Positions 47,256 through 60,419 of a stretch of 64,000 nt of DNA are shown here, piece by piece. Every line of letters begins with the position of its first letter. The stretch's first letter is position 1. The notes beneath the pieces were generated by a model, which was not told the DNA's origin, ran no database searches, and saw only the letters and a list, made by a program, of their open reading frames with translations. Both the position numbers and the translations under genes were made by a program. Origin of the DNA: Aplysia californica (taxonomy: Eukaryota); the NCBI RefSeq assembly GCF_000002075.1, contig NW_004797339.1, positions 931,558-995,557 of the forward strand, written 5' to 3'.

Positions 47256-49611
47256 CTGATAAAAGAAGGCAATACAAAAAAAGAGCAACATTGAAATTAA
47301 GACTTTGTCTCTGGCTCTATATTTTCCTGAAACTGCACACTAGTGCTTCCAGTGCTGTTAATAGGACGCAACGTGTGCAAAGATGAAAAAAAAGCAAAAA
47401 CAAATGAAAATATTACAACCCAAGTGAGGGGTGGGGTGGGGGCGGGTGACTCAATTGTTCAGAGGTGCGATGCTTGTCTATTATGCAAAATCCTCGACTT
47501 GCAAAAGCATGGTCGACAATTTGAGACATTTTTCCATTTTTTACACCCCTGATCTAATAGCATACTTCCCATAGTGTGAATCTACAAGTTCTCAAATGCC
47601 AGAGCTGCAAAAAAGAAGATGGGATCAACCCAAGGAGTTTAGAACTAATGGAGCCTCCTCTCTCTCTTCGCGGCGCCGCGAGCAGTACGCCGCGTTGGGG
47701 ATCAAATATGGCGACTGAGTGTGGGCTAAATCACGAACTGTGGCGTTTCTTTTTATAGAGTTCTATCGGGCTGGGCCACGTTGTGGGGGTGGGCGGGGTG
47801 GGGGAATGCACGCAAGGAAGAGGGGATGGGGCTGGGATGAAAGAGGAGGGGCGGGCCTTGGGAAGGGACGAAAGAGNNNNNNNNNNNNNNNNNNNNNNNN
47901 NNNNNNNNNNNNNNNNNNNNNNNNNNNNNNNNNNNNNNNNNNNNNNNNNNNNNNNNNNNNNNNNNNNNNNNNNNNNNNNNNNNNNNNNNNNNNNNNNNNN
48001 NNNNNNNNNNNNNNNNNNNNNNNNNNNNNNNNNNNNNNNNNNNNNNNNNNNNNNNNNNNNNNNNNNNNNNNNNNNNNNNNNNNNNNNNNNNNNNNNNNNN
48101 NNNNNNNNNNNNNNNNGGGCTGACGGATAATGACAGGGAGAAAAAAAAAAAATTCTGTGTGTGATACGGACTGTTTAATTATTTAAGTTTTATGTTATAG
48201 TTTAAAAATCAAGAAGATGTGTAAAATAAGAAGAAAACTTGTCCGAGTAACATAAAATCATCAAACATACCAAATTATTAAGATAATGTTTCAAGATGCT
48301 GAAAGATTTAATTATAAGAAATATTGGATAAAAATATACTTTTAAACTAAATTTAAGATATGATTGCATTATGATTCTAGGCGTGTGCCATAACTAACTT
48401 TATGTGTAAGGAATAGCGAACACAAAAGAGGGTCGATGCCAGCTTTACCTGATTGCTAACAGTATGTCTTGGTCTATAAAAAGTAATATTATTGATTACA
48501 ATAATTTTGTTTCCTGTTTTTCACAAACGAACAAGGACGACGAACAAAGACGGGAATGGTTAACCTTCTTGACCAGTCACAATGATCTCTATTTAATATG
48601 ATGAGACACCGCATTTTCACTGATCCAGTTGTGGGTTTTTTAATCAAGATCGATCCCATTGCTCGTTATTTAATTCTGTCCTTCATCTCTGACCGACATC
48701 ACCGCTCACAGTCATGTCGTAACTCATCGATTGTGTTGTGGACGCAGCAATAAAAATTCGAAGAATGAAAGGCAGGCTCACTGCCAACATTACACAAAGA
48801 CGATGGGGCAGTCCCGAGTACGGACGCCAGTCTGTCTAGCAAATTCAGGTGCAGACCTGATAGATAAGTGAGACGGTCGGGGAATCAAAAGCAAAGACGA
48901 AATCCCAGTTCGATGTGACTTTGTATGAGGCGGCCTTGGCCCTACCTAACGAATCATGCCTTGGCTGTAAGCTCAGGCGGTAGGCTCTTAATTGCCAGTT
49001 CGATGTTCGGCAAAATCAAAGGATTCGAGGAGTTCACACCTGGGCGTGATACCTTTGTCGTAAAATCCTTGCGCCTGGAGCAAACTTGTACCTCGCATCG
49101 AGGTTTTGAGCGGAGGTGTGATCGCATGCATGAGCGTGGATGACCTTTGAAGCTTTTTTTTGTTTTGTTCAGTAAAGTATGATATTTTGGAGAGCAGCGT
49201 TTTTAGTCCCTTATTATACTCCAGAGGGGAAAAATTTATGTTAGTGATGACTCTTGTGTAGTAAAATTTGTTGTTGCTTTGTTCGGTTTATTTTTTAACA
49301 GCAGAATCTTAAGTTAACCGGAATTGTGGGATCTTAGGTGAAGACTACAACAATAAAATTAAATCGAGTATAGACATAGTTCTATCAAACAAGACTCAAA
49401 CTCTTATCCACCCCACCCTACCCTCTCCCCTCATCTGATATGGTTCGGTGTTTCTTTAACATAGAAAATATTCATCATTATTGTTGTTGAGTATTTGATT
49501 TCATATTCTAATGGAGCCCCCAGATATCTACATTTAGACAACATTTGTATCTAATTTGCACACACAAAGGAAAGCAAAATCTTTATATAAAAAGTATATA
49601 CACACACAATA

Positions 49612-49612
<1 letters not shown>

Positions 49613-49697
<85 letters not shown>
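49613..49697. repeat. (TA)n microsatellite
   Basis: Directly visible. Confidence 0.97.
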
Positions 49698-49701
<4 letters not shown>

Positions 49702-49896
49702 AATAATTATATATATAGAATAAGAATAAGAATACTTTTAAAAAATCAAGTATCTCGGTCTTTCTTCTGGGGCGTTGTATCCCTTTCAGCCTGGGATGGC
49801 CTTGGCAGGAGCGCCTGAATGTTAATGATCTATATTGTGTTGCTGGAGGCATAAAAACACTTTCATTCAAATCTTTTTAAAAGGAAAACAACTTAC

Positions 49897-49967
49897 CTGT
49901 GAAAACTTCGGTCCACTGCAGCATCATATCGGTTCTTACACTTAAATACAACACAGGTGCAAGGCAT
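49897..49967 (-). other. Orphan THAP-domain first coding exon
   Basis: ATG...MPCTCVVFKCKNRYDAAVDRSFH-AG|gtaagt, 71 nt, THAP N-terminal C-x4-C-x-N...SFH pattern. Confidence 0.7.
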
Positions 49968-50286
49968 TTTTACTAATTGACTTGCCTTATCTGAAAGATC
50001 TCGGAATAAAACCTTCTTTCTTATCTAGATTTCAGTGCGTGAGCCGGGGATTCGTGCAGCGCAGGTAGCCCACAGTTCCGCCGCGAGAGAGGGCTCCTAT
50101 CAGGCGTGCGGTGCCACCCACAGGGCATCCTCCATTACTTTTAATCTCCTTGGATCAACCTTGGAACGATGGTTTTGAGAAATTCAAAAGCATAGTACCA
50201 CTGGGAAGAATGCAAATTTTATCAATCGTTTCCTACTATCAACAAAATTAATTAACCTCTATCTGAGTCCGAGTAGTACAACACAC

Positions 50287-50372
50287 CTGGAAGAAAATGA
50301 TGGATATACAGATGCAGAGCTGGAAGCACCATGTACCTTTCCTGATTTCCCATTTTCTGAATCTGATGGGGT
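50287..50372 (-). CDS. MSH4: Candidate upstream MSH4 exon
   Basis: tacag|TPSDSENGKSGKVHGASSSASVYPSFSS-AG|gtgtgt; Ser-rich and in phase with the acceptor at 47255; no homology support. Confidence 0.4.
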
Positions 50373-52587
50373 CTGTAATAGGCCAAAAGCTGTGAAACAA
50401 AGAAAGGTTTTTGATATGTAACTATTCATTTTGAACCCATTTTGAACTGGAGTAACCCAACATTCAACAAAAAGTTTCCTTGAGTCTTTCAGTTTCAGAA
50501 ACATGGTGAATTTGACAAAAATAACCTTGTGATTATAATTAAAATTTGTATATTTATTATACTTTTTGCTATACAACAGTACAACAGTCTATAATAAACA
50601 GTTTAGGGAAAACCGAGGAATAAGTTTAACTTTGATAACAACATTTCCTGCAGGATGCTGATCAATAATAAATTATAAACACAACTAGGAGTGACGATAT
50701 ATGCTCATCACAGTATGATATGAGAGTAGATAGTTTCACAACTTTTAAAAAAAAATAAAAACAAAAACCACACAGCTAGTGAGCACCATTTTAACTGAAG
50801 TACATGTGTATATTACAAAACTATATAAAAGCGTTTCATTCTGTCTTGTGTTCAATGCAGAAAAGTTCAAATTTTTATATCAGAAAAGGGTTTCAGCATG
50901 AATTACAAGGTGGTTTGTATGTCCACATTATTGATAAATAATCTAACTGTCAACTGGATATAGTTGAGGCATAACTAAATAACCTAAATATTTTGTATAA
51001 AAGAGTGGAACATTTTTCATTTAATTTGAGTCCTTTGGGTACCTAATAGAATTTGGTATTCAAAAGTGAGCCTTGAAAGGAGACACAAACTTTACCATAC
51101 AACAAAAATGAAGACTATACTATACTACGCAGATTTATATAGAATTTATTCTTTAAAATTCTAGACATGACAAACCTTCTGACAAAAAGCAGTATTATTT
51201 TCAATTCTTGATTGAAAAAGTCTGATTTCATACAAATTCTTCCCCACTCTTGTTTGTCATGGATGAAGGAAAATACAAAGACACACCCCATTCTTGCTTA
51301 CCTTTTGAGAATGGCTTAAATTTGAAAAAAAAAGGCCCAAAAAAACCCCACCTGTTTGACAACTAGATCAAGACTATCACTAGATCTATCACCAGTACGA
51401 AGATTTAATGCATTTACAAATGAAGCAATCAGATCACTAGAGCTACTAATGCTTATCAAGACTGGCAGGATTGCACGTATAGATCTAGGCCTACATAAAA
51501 GCCCCTGTTCCAAATAAAACTTCAGAAAATTAACCCCCCCCCCCCCCCACATTCCAAACAATATAATAATAAATAACTCACCAAAAATATTACAACCCAT
51601 CATAGGATACTAAAAAAACTGAGAGAAAAAAAATGCAAGCAGCGATTCTAAATCATACATATATGTTAGAGAACGAACAGTAAAAGTAGGCTAAGTAAAT
51701 CTAGAGTCTAGTATATAAGCCTAGATGTCTAGATCTAGAATCTAGGTGTAAAATAAAAAATCAATAGGCCTATAACCAATAGACCTACAATCTAGATCTA
51801 GATCTAATATCAATACAGTATTTTACTTAAAAGACTTATGCCTAGATCTAGTCCTACATTTTTCTCTAATTATTCATATATAATATATATACTAGAGTCT
51901 ATGCTAGAAAACAAACTGAAAGTGAGAAGCGCAATAAACTGCTGGTCATGGCCTCCGGTACTTTAACCAAAGACTTATTTACTTTCTACACCCCCACACA
52001 CAATATTGACATGCACTCGACCTGTAAATATGTAATAAGAACAGTCCTGTATGATGGCAAAAAGTCAATTGATTCTGTACCAATGAAGCTGTCCCATGCA
52101 GATTAAGTCTACACTACAATCAAATACTATACAAAGCTGGACGAAGTTAGCACACAACTGTTTTCCATCATTATGTAATCAAACTTTCTTCATCACACTT
52201 CTCAGTTCTCAGGATTCTAACACTGTTGTAACAAAGTGGGGAAGTGCGTCAAATGCTAATTTATAGAACTTGGTGTTTAACTGGGGTGACGGTGGATAAG
52301 GGGAGGGAAGGGAGGGGGTAGGCTCATTGTTTTCAGCCCAGACCCTGACAGCCGAGAGCCTATCGCTCCTCGTTATAATTCTATTAGAATAAATCTTCAC
52401 TACACGATTCCTTTTTTCGCCGGCTAGACTCATATATGGGCCAGGTATGTTATTAGTGGGGAGAAAGCCATGAATAGTCACCAAACAGGAACTATAGGTG
52501 GCTAAAAATTCAATACACAAAAAAGATTGGTGCCATGCTGACAATAAATGTTCTGATGATAGTTAGAGAAAGGCTGAATAATAAGTA

Positions 52588-52775
52588 CAGTCAAACCTGC
52601 CTTAACGGAAACCTGTGTAAAACGGAAACCTGTCTTAACGGAATCTCCCCGCTCCCCCCCTTGATATATTTCTCTTTAATTGCCTGTATAAAACGGAAAC
52701 CTGTCCAACGCGGAAACGGAAAGAAAAATCCGCTCCCTTCCGAGGGTTTCACCTGTCTAAGACGGAAAATGCTTT
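52588..52775. mobile_element. pogo/Tigger-like terminal region
   Basis: TA|CAGTCAAACCTG followed by repeated AACGGAAACCTG motifs. Confidence 0.6.
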
Positions 52776-53689
52776 GCCCGTTCAACCCTGATTCGAAACA
52801 AAACTCGCAAGTTTTGTTCCGACGGCTCTAAACTTAACACTATGCTGCTGGGCGAGAACGGGGAGTAGGGGTGCAATTTGGGGGTAGATGTTACCCCATC
52901 ATGTGAGCCCTGAGCGATGCAGATGGTCAGTGTAGTGTGGGTTTGAAATCTCACGACTGCCCGTGACAGTGCTCGAGTTGCGAGCCACTACGGAAACTTT
53001 CTTGGGTAGCCAGAAGCCAGAGGTATGAAATTAGATTGACCAATGTCAGCCAAGAAAATAATTCCTCGAATCTCGTTGTTACATGATGGCAGTGAGTGTG
53101 AGGGGCGGCATTGGTTGACAACACAGAGGCCAATTTGGCAATCAAGGGATGCTATATTCGCTCTCAGGGTAGTCAATGGATTTTTCATAGGACTGAGGTC
53201 ATCGCTGTACCAGCCATGTTCATTTGTCCTCGTACGAAGTTCCGCGACGTGATGGCTTGACGGGAGACGATTTAAAGTTACGAGCCGGTGCGATAAACAA
53301 AGGTGAAGAAATGAGGCTCTGTCGCGACAAAACAGCAGTGAATCCCACTTGTCTATTTGAACGCCTTCAAATCGGCAAGGTGCTTTTTTGAATGTTGATA
53401 CATGTTTATTCGGATTTACTTAAAACTGAATGAAAATCATCGTCAGCAATAAATCTCTTGTCAACAGTTTAGCTGACAAAAATTTGACCGGCACCGCCGG
53501 GCCCAGTTAACAAACCGCCCCTGAATATAATGGCACTTTCAGTGTTGTTATAATGGGGGCAGAAGTGGTTATTTGTATGGGGGGCATAGTCATAGAATTT
53601 TGTCGAGGGACTTTTCATGATAATGGTTCATCAAAGGGATCGCCATGAACTCATATTTTGGCATCAGATATCATTTGCAAAATGATTCA

Positions 53690-53945
53690 TCATCATCATC
53701 CAGTGCCAGATCTTCGACAGACATCGGCGATCATGGTTTTCCGTTCATTCCTTTGCTCGGACGCTCTCAAAAAAGCTACTTTTCCCTGTTACCCATTTTT
53801 GTTTAGGTTCCCTAAGTATGTTGTTATGGGCCTACCTCTGCCTCGCTTGCCCTCAATTTTGCCAGTGAGAGCTAGATGTTCAAGACCCTTATAATGTCTA
53901 GTCAGGTGTCCCAAAAACTGCATTTGTCGTTTCCTGATTCCTTTA
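53690..53945 (-). mobile_element. RTE-like LINE 3' fragment
   Basis: IRKRQMQFLGHLTR...LEHLALTGKIEGKRGRGRP and a (TGA)n tail. Confidence 0.8.
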
Positions 53946-54286
53946 TGATTACATAAATATTTTTTCCACAGCCATGGCAACAACAACAACAATTTAAAGA
54001 AGAAGTGACTCAACTATTCAGAGGAGTCGATGATTGCTGCATTATGTGATAGTGTTGGCAAAGGGATGAAGTTTAAGAGAGGCTTTGTACAGATTCGTGG
54101 CATGCCTTACGCTTAGTATCTTTAATTCTTGTTCTTTCTGCAATCGTTTTTGTATAGCAATGTTTCTTGTTCATGTACCTATTTGTTCTTCTTTAAACTT
54201 CATGTTTTCAATTTCATACGTGCATGGTTACTCATTGACTTGATGTTACTTGTTACCTTGGTTTGTTCTCTTCCCAAAAATGAATA

Positions 54287-54833
54287 CAGTGGAAACTTGA
54301 TATAACAGGGATAGTGGGAGTAGAGAAAATGTCCTGTTATCTGCGATCCCTGTTAAATCAGAAATGCAAGGAAAGTAAGCATTTGTGGACTAATCCAGCT
54401 GTACTTATTCATGGGTAGTTTCCTTTGCCACAAGTACCCACGAACATGGGTTTTGGCACCAACTTTCTCCATTGCCTCACATCAGAAAGGCTTGGTCCAC
54501 AGCATCTGCATCGAGTAGTCTCATCTTCTTTCGATCCAGAGCAAACTTTCCATTGGAGTATGCTGCTACTATCTTCTCTCTATCCTTGGCAACGGTGTGA
54601 ATTGATCCTTGTGGAATGTCGAACTGACGACAAATCTCTGCCAGTGGAGCTTGCTTTTTGTCAAGAGCCTGGATTATTTCATATTTTTTGTCTATTGAAA
54701 GGCATTTTCTCGTGCGCTTGACATCGTTTTTGACACATTACGCGTGTGTGTTGCTAGGTTTCGAGCTAGATCACGTCACACGCTGCGTGTGCTTGCAGTG
54801 GCATGGCTTGCGTGGGCTTGCTCCATCACTGCG

Positions 54834-54887
<54 letters not shown>

Positions 54888-55028
54888 CATTGTAACGAGC
54901 CTTTGTCCCTGCTATAACCGGTTGGGCTGCGATGAGGCCCTGTTATTGCCGATAACTTTTAATAGAGACAAAGAGTAGGAAAAAACGGGGATTTAAATAA
55001 TCCCGGGCCTGTTATATATGGTTTCTTG
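54287..55028 (-). mobile_element. Internally deleted pogo/Tigger-like element with a CENP-B-type HTH remnant
   Basis: TA|CAGTGGAAACTTGATATAACAGG ... CCTGTTATATATGGTTTCTTG|TA. Minus strand 54480-54720 reads KRTRKCLSIDKKYEIIQALDKKQAPLAEICRQFDIPQGSIHTVAKDREKI...RKKMR. Confidence 0.75.
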
Positions 55029-58000
55029 TATCATATTATATTCTTGTTCTTAATGTAAAGGTTCTTATTATCAATGTCAAGTATCTTGTTCATGCAACAG
55101 TTTGTTTCTCAATATTTTCAATAGCGTACATGATGTATTTGGTTACTCATTGAATTGCCTTTTTGTTCTCTTCAACAAAAATAAATTTAGGCCAAATGCT
55201 CTGGTGAAACCACCCCTTCGTATTTCCCCCCCTGTTTTTCTCCGCATTGTTGAGTAGGTTTATTAGAGTTTACTTGTCCCTTGATGAGGTTTCAGAGTTT
55301 CAAATAACCTGGACTCTCATAAGGACAGTGGGCAATCATAACATCTAGAAGAAAGCCTTCTTGACACTGTCAGATGATATATGTAGGCCTACTTGCAAAG
55401 TATTATGATGCCTGTCATGAGAAGAGACACAGTCTATAGTTTTATCACACTGGAAATCAGGCCCAAAGTTTAAAAGCAGACAGTACTCCAGATCAAACAA
55501 CTAACTTATGGTGTCTAGGGCAGTACAGTAAATTATTACATGCACGTACGATCTAGAATCTAGAGTCTAAATTTAGATATATTAGACATAAAATAATTAG
55601 TACACAAAGTAGGCTACAAAGGCTCTACCATACTTAGGGTGTCGTATCACGCTACTCATAATCATTAGTTTACACTTTCTGGTGCTTTCAATTTTATGTT
55701 TGGAAACGCTTTGCTCTGATTGATGCTGTTCGATGAATAGAAAATGAAAGTAAAATACAAAGCCAATGTTGGATTTAGCCTAGGCCTAAATTACATCTAG
55801 ATCTAGATCTAGATTAGAATCTAATCTACTAATCTAGAGAGATTTGAAAATGTGCGGTGGTTGAAACTTAGATCTCTATGTCCCATGCCCATGCCAAATT
55901 GTGGAATAGAGTAGTCTAGTAGTCCGCCCAGTCGCCAATCGGACGTCTGCTTGGTTTCTTAGTTTCTTCAAAATGTTTTGGACAATCCCTCGGAAAAAAT
56001 AATGACTTAATCTATTTTTAACGTAATTTTTTTTAAACAGTTCAACCAATTATATTCTTTAATATCTAAATTATGTTATAAATTGTTTAAATGAAATGTG
56101 CTCTTATTTTTTTAAACTGCGTTGAAACAATTATCAAATTCCCAATGTTGATTATAATCATAGATGTACACCAATGATAGTACATAACAAGATGGTTCAC
56201 TCAGCCAAAAAAGTGTCCGCAGGAAGTATGCTCTTTGCTTCAGATGGCGCTGCGGTCTGTTTTGAAGCTCTCTTTCGTTTTTCCAGAAGAAGAATAGGAA
56301 TAGCACCTCCTTGCGTGCGCAGATCGACTGCTGTTCATCAGCAGTTCGGGTACGTTCAGTGCGTAGTTTTAGGTTTTTTTTTATTTTAATGACCTCTCGC
56401 CTTTCATTCTAAAGTCAAATTAAACGAAGAAAACCATCACCCTTTCCTCCGGAAAAGGTTTTTTGTCAGCGTAACCATTTTAAAAAAGCGTTCTTCCGAA
56501 ATTTATCCCAAAACATGCTAGTTTCACTTTGATTTTTAAAAACTCAAGTAGGGTAACTCTGTTCGCAAAGTGCGCTTTTGTGAAGAGGGCGCCACCAAAT
56601 TTTGAGGACACTTTTTTTAATTGGCTCAAAGAGAGAAGTGGCCCATCTTGTTATGTACTATCATTGTGTACACAAAAGAACAACTCAGATACGAAGAGAA
56701 GTCGATACTAGTAGTCGATAATAAATGAAATAGAATAACAGTNNNNNNNNNNNNNNNNNNNNNNNNNNNNNNNNNNNNNNNNNNNNNNNNNNNNNNNNNN
56801 NNNNNNNNNNNNNNNNNNNNNNNNNNNNNNNNNNNNNNNNNNTATAACCGGTTGGGCTGCGATGAGGCCCTGTTATTGCCGATAACTTTTAATAGAGACA
56901 AAGAGTAGGAAAAAACGGGGATTTAAATAATCCGTTATTACCGGATCCCTGTTATAACCGGGCCTGTTATATATGGTTTCTTGTATCCTATTATATTCTT
57001 GTTCTTAATGTAAAGGTTCTTATTATCAATGTCAAGTACCTTGTTCATGCAACAGTTTGTTTCTCAATATTTTCAATAGCGTACATGATGTATTTGGTTA
57101 CTCATTGAATTGCCTTTTTGTTCTCTTCAACAAAAATAAATTTAGGCCAAATGCTCTGGTGAAACCACCCCTTCGTATTTCCCCCCCTGTTTTTCTCCGC
57201 ATTGTTGAGTAGGTTTATTAGAGTTTACTTGTCCCTTGATGAGGTTTCAGAGTTTCAAATAACCTGGACTCTCATAAGGACAGTGGGCAATCATAACATC
57301 TAGAAGAAAGCCTTCTTGACACTGTCAGATGATATATGTAGGCCTACTTGCAAAGTATTATGATGCCTGTCATGAGAAGAGACACAGTCTATAGTTTTAT
57401 CACACTGGAAATCAGGCCCAAAGTTTAAAAGCAGACAGTACTCCAGATCAAACAACTAACTTATGGTGTCTAGGGCAGTACAGTAAATTATTACATGCAC
57501 GTACGATCTAGACATATTAGACATAAAATAATTAGTACACAAAGTAGGCTACAAAGGCTCTAATTTTGATGCCAGATTTGCTTACCATACTTAGGGTGTC
57601 GTATCACGCTACTCATAATCATTAGTTTACACTTCCTGGTGCTTTCAATTTCATGTTTGGAAACGCTTTGCTCTGATTGATGCTGTTCGATGAATAGAAA
57701 ATGAAAGTAAAATACAAAGCCAATGTTGGATTTACCCTAGGCCTAAATTACATCTAGATCTAGATCTAGATTAGAATCTAATCTACTAATCTAGAGAGAT
57801 TTGAAAATGTGCGGTGGTTGAAACTTAGATCTCTATGTCCCGTGCCCATGCCAAATTGTGGAATAGAGTAGTTTAGTAGTCCGCCCAGTCGCCAATCGGA
57901 CGTCTGCTTGGTTTCTTAGTTTCTTCAAAATGTTTTGGACAATCCCTCGGAAAAAATAATGACTTAATCTATTTTTAACGTAATTTTTTTTTAAACAGTT

Positions 58001-58197
58001 CAACCAATTATATTCTTTAATATCTAAATTAGGTTATAAATTGTTTAAATGAAATGTGCTCTTATTTTTTTAAACTGCGTTGAAACAATTATCAAATTCC
58101 CAATGTTGATTATAATCATAGTGTACACAAAAGAACAACTCAGATACGAAGAGAAGTCGATACTAGTAGTCGATAATAAATGAAATAGAATAACAGT
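54913..58197. repeat. Near-identical direct duplication (54913-56742 and 56843-58197) across a 100-N gap
   Basis: Both copies start TATAACCGGTTGGGCTGCG and end GAATAACAGT. They differ by a few SNPs, small indels and one MITE. Confidence 0.93.
56172..56666. mobile_element. 495-bp MITE (P-superfamily-like)
   Basis: Perfect 24-bp TIR CAATGATAGTACATAACAAGATGG; 7-bp TSD TGTACAC; absent from the second duplicate copy near 58122. Confidence 0.9.
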
Positions 58198-58739
58198 ATC
58201 GGCGTGTGTCTTGAGTTTTCCAACGTGTCGGCATAATAACAGCCATCGTTTCTCTTTTGTCCTAAAATAATGAAGAAATTGTTATAATCAAATAAAGCAA
58301 AGTCTCTGAGTGGCATAATGCCTACGTTCTTTTAATGCACTGTGGTAAACAAAACAAAAAAAAGGACTGAGATTTTCAATCAATATCTGATTCTTTTGTA
58401 TTTTGTATTTTTGTAAGTCTTATTTTGATTACACGCATTCTTTTGGGTTATAGAAATTTTGAATAATAATTCAAAAAATTTGGAGAGAATCTCGGAATTT
58501 CATCACTTTATGAATCCAAATGTCTTGGGCTTTTTTTTTTAATTTTTTTTTTTATTATTATTTCTTTTTCATTTAAAAAATCCCTTGAATTGCTTCTATA
58601 GAATCATCAAGCTATATGACAGCATACATCACATCTCGTACGTTAAACAAAAAGTGCTATTCCAAGCTATGATGACGTCCTTCGTTTGAAATGGTTGAAC
58701 TGCCTCTCCCTTCCATTGTCATTTCCTATAACAATGACG

Positions 58740-58990
58740 TGAGATTAGGGGGGAAGAAGGCGTTCGCGATGGATTGGACACACTTTCAAGAAGTCAAGCA
58801 GCTGCATAACAAGGAAGTAAAGTGTTAGATTGGGACCCACAGGGTAAAAGATCAAGGGGAAAACCACGTGGAACCTGAGTCATGGAAATGGATGTACAGA
58901 AAAGTGGGACGACATGAAGTGACATCAAGCGACTAGCCCAGGATAAGGAAAGGTGGAAAGATGATGATGATGATGATGATGATGATCATC

Positions 58991-59027
<37 letters not shown>
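58740..59027 (+). mobile_element. RTE-like LINE 3' fragment with a (GAT)n tail
   Basis: Same family as 33430-33840 (GGATTGGACACACTTTCA...GGGTAAAAGATCAAGGGG). Confidence 0.8.
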
Positions 59028-59519
59028 CGTATTCATAATAACGGAACAAAACTTCCAATAAAAATGCGGCTGCCGAAATGGCAATGCATTTCCTCTTCTA
59101 ATTTAAAATTATAAGAACATTTTACCAGGACTGATGGGTCGACATCTCGAATCGCGTCCCTCTCTTGTAACGTAGCCTACGTGGCACCACAAAAACACAT
59201 GTACTAGGCTGCACGAATCTTTGTTCATCACCATCATGGCCATAGTCATACATAATTTGTGTAGGCTACGTAAAAAGGGAGGAGATAAGGGGAAGGGAGA
59301 GGGAAGGGGGGTTGCTCTTAATGATGAATTTAAACTCTTTGAAATGAGAAGTCAGGTTTATGACCAATGTTTGGGACAATGTGTGTTCAGGAGAAATTTG
59401 ATAGTTCCTCGTCCGTGTAGATTATCCCAGTTTGGGTATAAGGAGAGTTTTTTAAAGGTTCGTTTATAATGGGGTTTCTTCCTGTCGAGGTAATGGCTGT
59501 GTTATTGATGAAGGGTTTA

Positions 59520-59665
59520 TCATCATCGTCGTCGTCGTCGCCACCCGCCGTCGCCCGTCATCATCATCATCATCGTCATCGTCATCATCATCATCATCAT
59601 CATCATCATCGTCATCGTCATCATCATCACCATCAGCATCATCATAATCGTCGTCGTCGTCGTCT
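59520..59665. repeat. (CAT/CGT)n microsatellite
   Basis: Directly visible. Confidence 0.92.
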
Positions 59666-60419
59666 TTGTCGCGGTTGTAGTTGTCCTCATCATTTTCACC
59701 TCTGTTGGCGGCGTCTTCATTTCACTTTTGCACTGATTAATAGATATATACACCTTTTCTCCCTGTGGTAGTACATTGTATTTAGTTTTTACATGTTTTT
59801 CTAATGTTTTTCTTTTACGGGATGATAATAATGTTGTTGCATTTGAAACTCTTCCAGTTTCACTAAAGTATGTTAACTCTTTATTCCTTTCCTGACTGCT
59901 TTAGTTGTCTCCTCTCTGTNNNNNNNNNNNNNNNNNNNNNNNNNNNNNNNNNNNNNNNNNNNNNNNNNNNNNNNNNNNNNNNNNNNNNNNNNNNNNNNNN
60001 NNNNNNNNNNNNNNNNNNNNNNNNNNNNNNNNNNNNNNNNNNNNNNNNNNNNNNNNNNNNNNNNNNNNNNNNNNNNNNNNNNNNNNNNNNNNNNNNNNNN
60101 NNNNNNNNNNNNNNNNNNNNNNNNNNNNNNNNNNNNNNNNNNNNNNNNNNNNNNNNNNNNNNNNNNNNNNNNNNNNNNNNAATGTGGGTGGGGCTGAGAA
60201 ATGAGGGTAGGTAGAGTTCAAAGGTAAGATTTCCTTGGTTCAGAGGATATTCTAGATATGTGTGAGTATGTTTCATTCACACACTCACACGCAAACGCGC
60301 TCATAATATGACCTTATGCAGTTGCGAGCGCCGTAAAACACTAAATAAAATTATTTTTGTTAATTTTAAACACGCAAACGCACACAGACAACAGTTACAT
60401 GATTAGGCAACGGGATCGC

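Larger units (their letters stand above)
47650..50098 (-). mobile_element. Putative non-autonomous THAP-carrying DNA transposon (ISL2EU-like, tentative)
   Basis: Imperfect inverted ends GGAGCCTCCTCTCTCTCTTCGCGGCG versus the reverse complement AGGAGCCCTCTCTCGCGGCG; AT on both flanks; THAP exon points inward 130 bp from the right end. Confidence 0.5.

Noticed and set aside
48600-49150. GC-richer stretch as THAP exon 2 or an MSH4 exon
   Set aside because: The minus-strand frames I read contain stops and lack FP..W..CSxHF after an AG acceptor; probably degraded element interior.
59469-59771. Poly-His or poly-Met ORFs
   Set aside because: Translations of a (CAT)n microsatellite.
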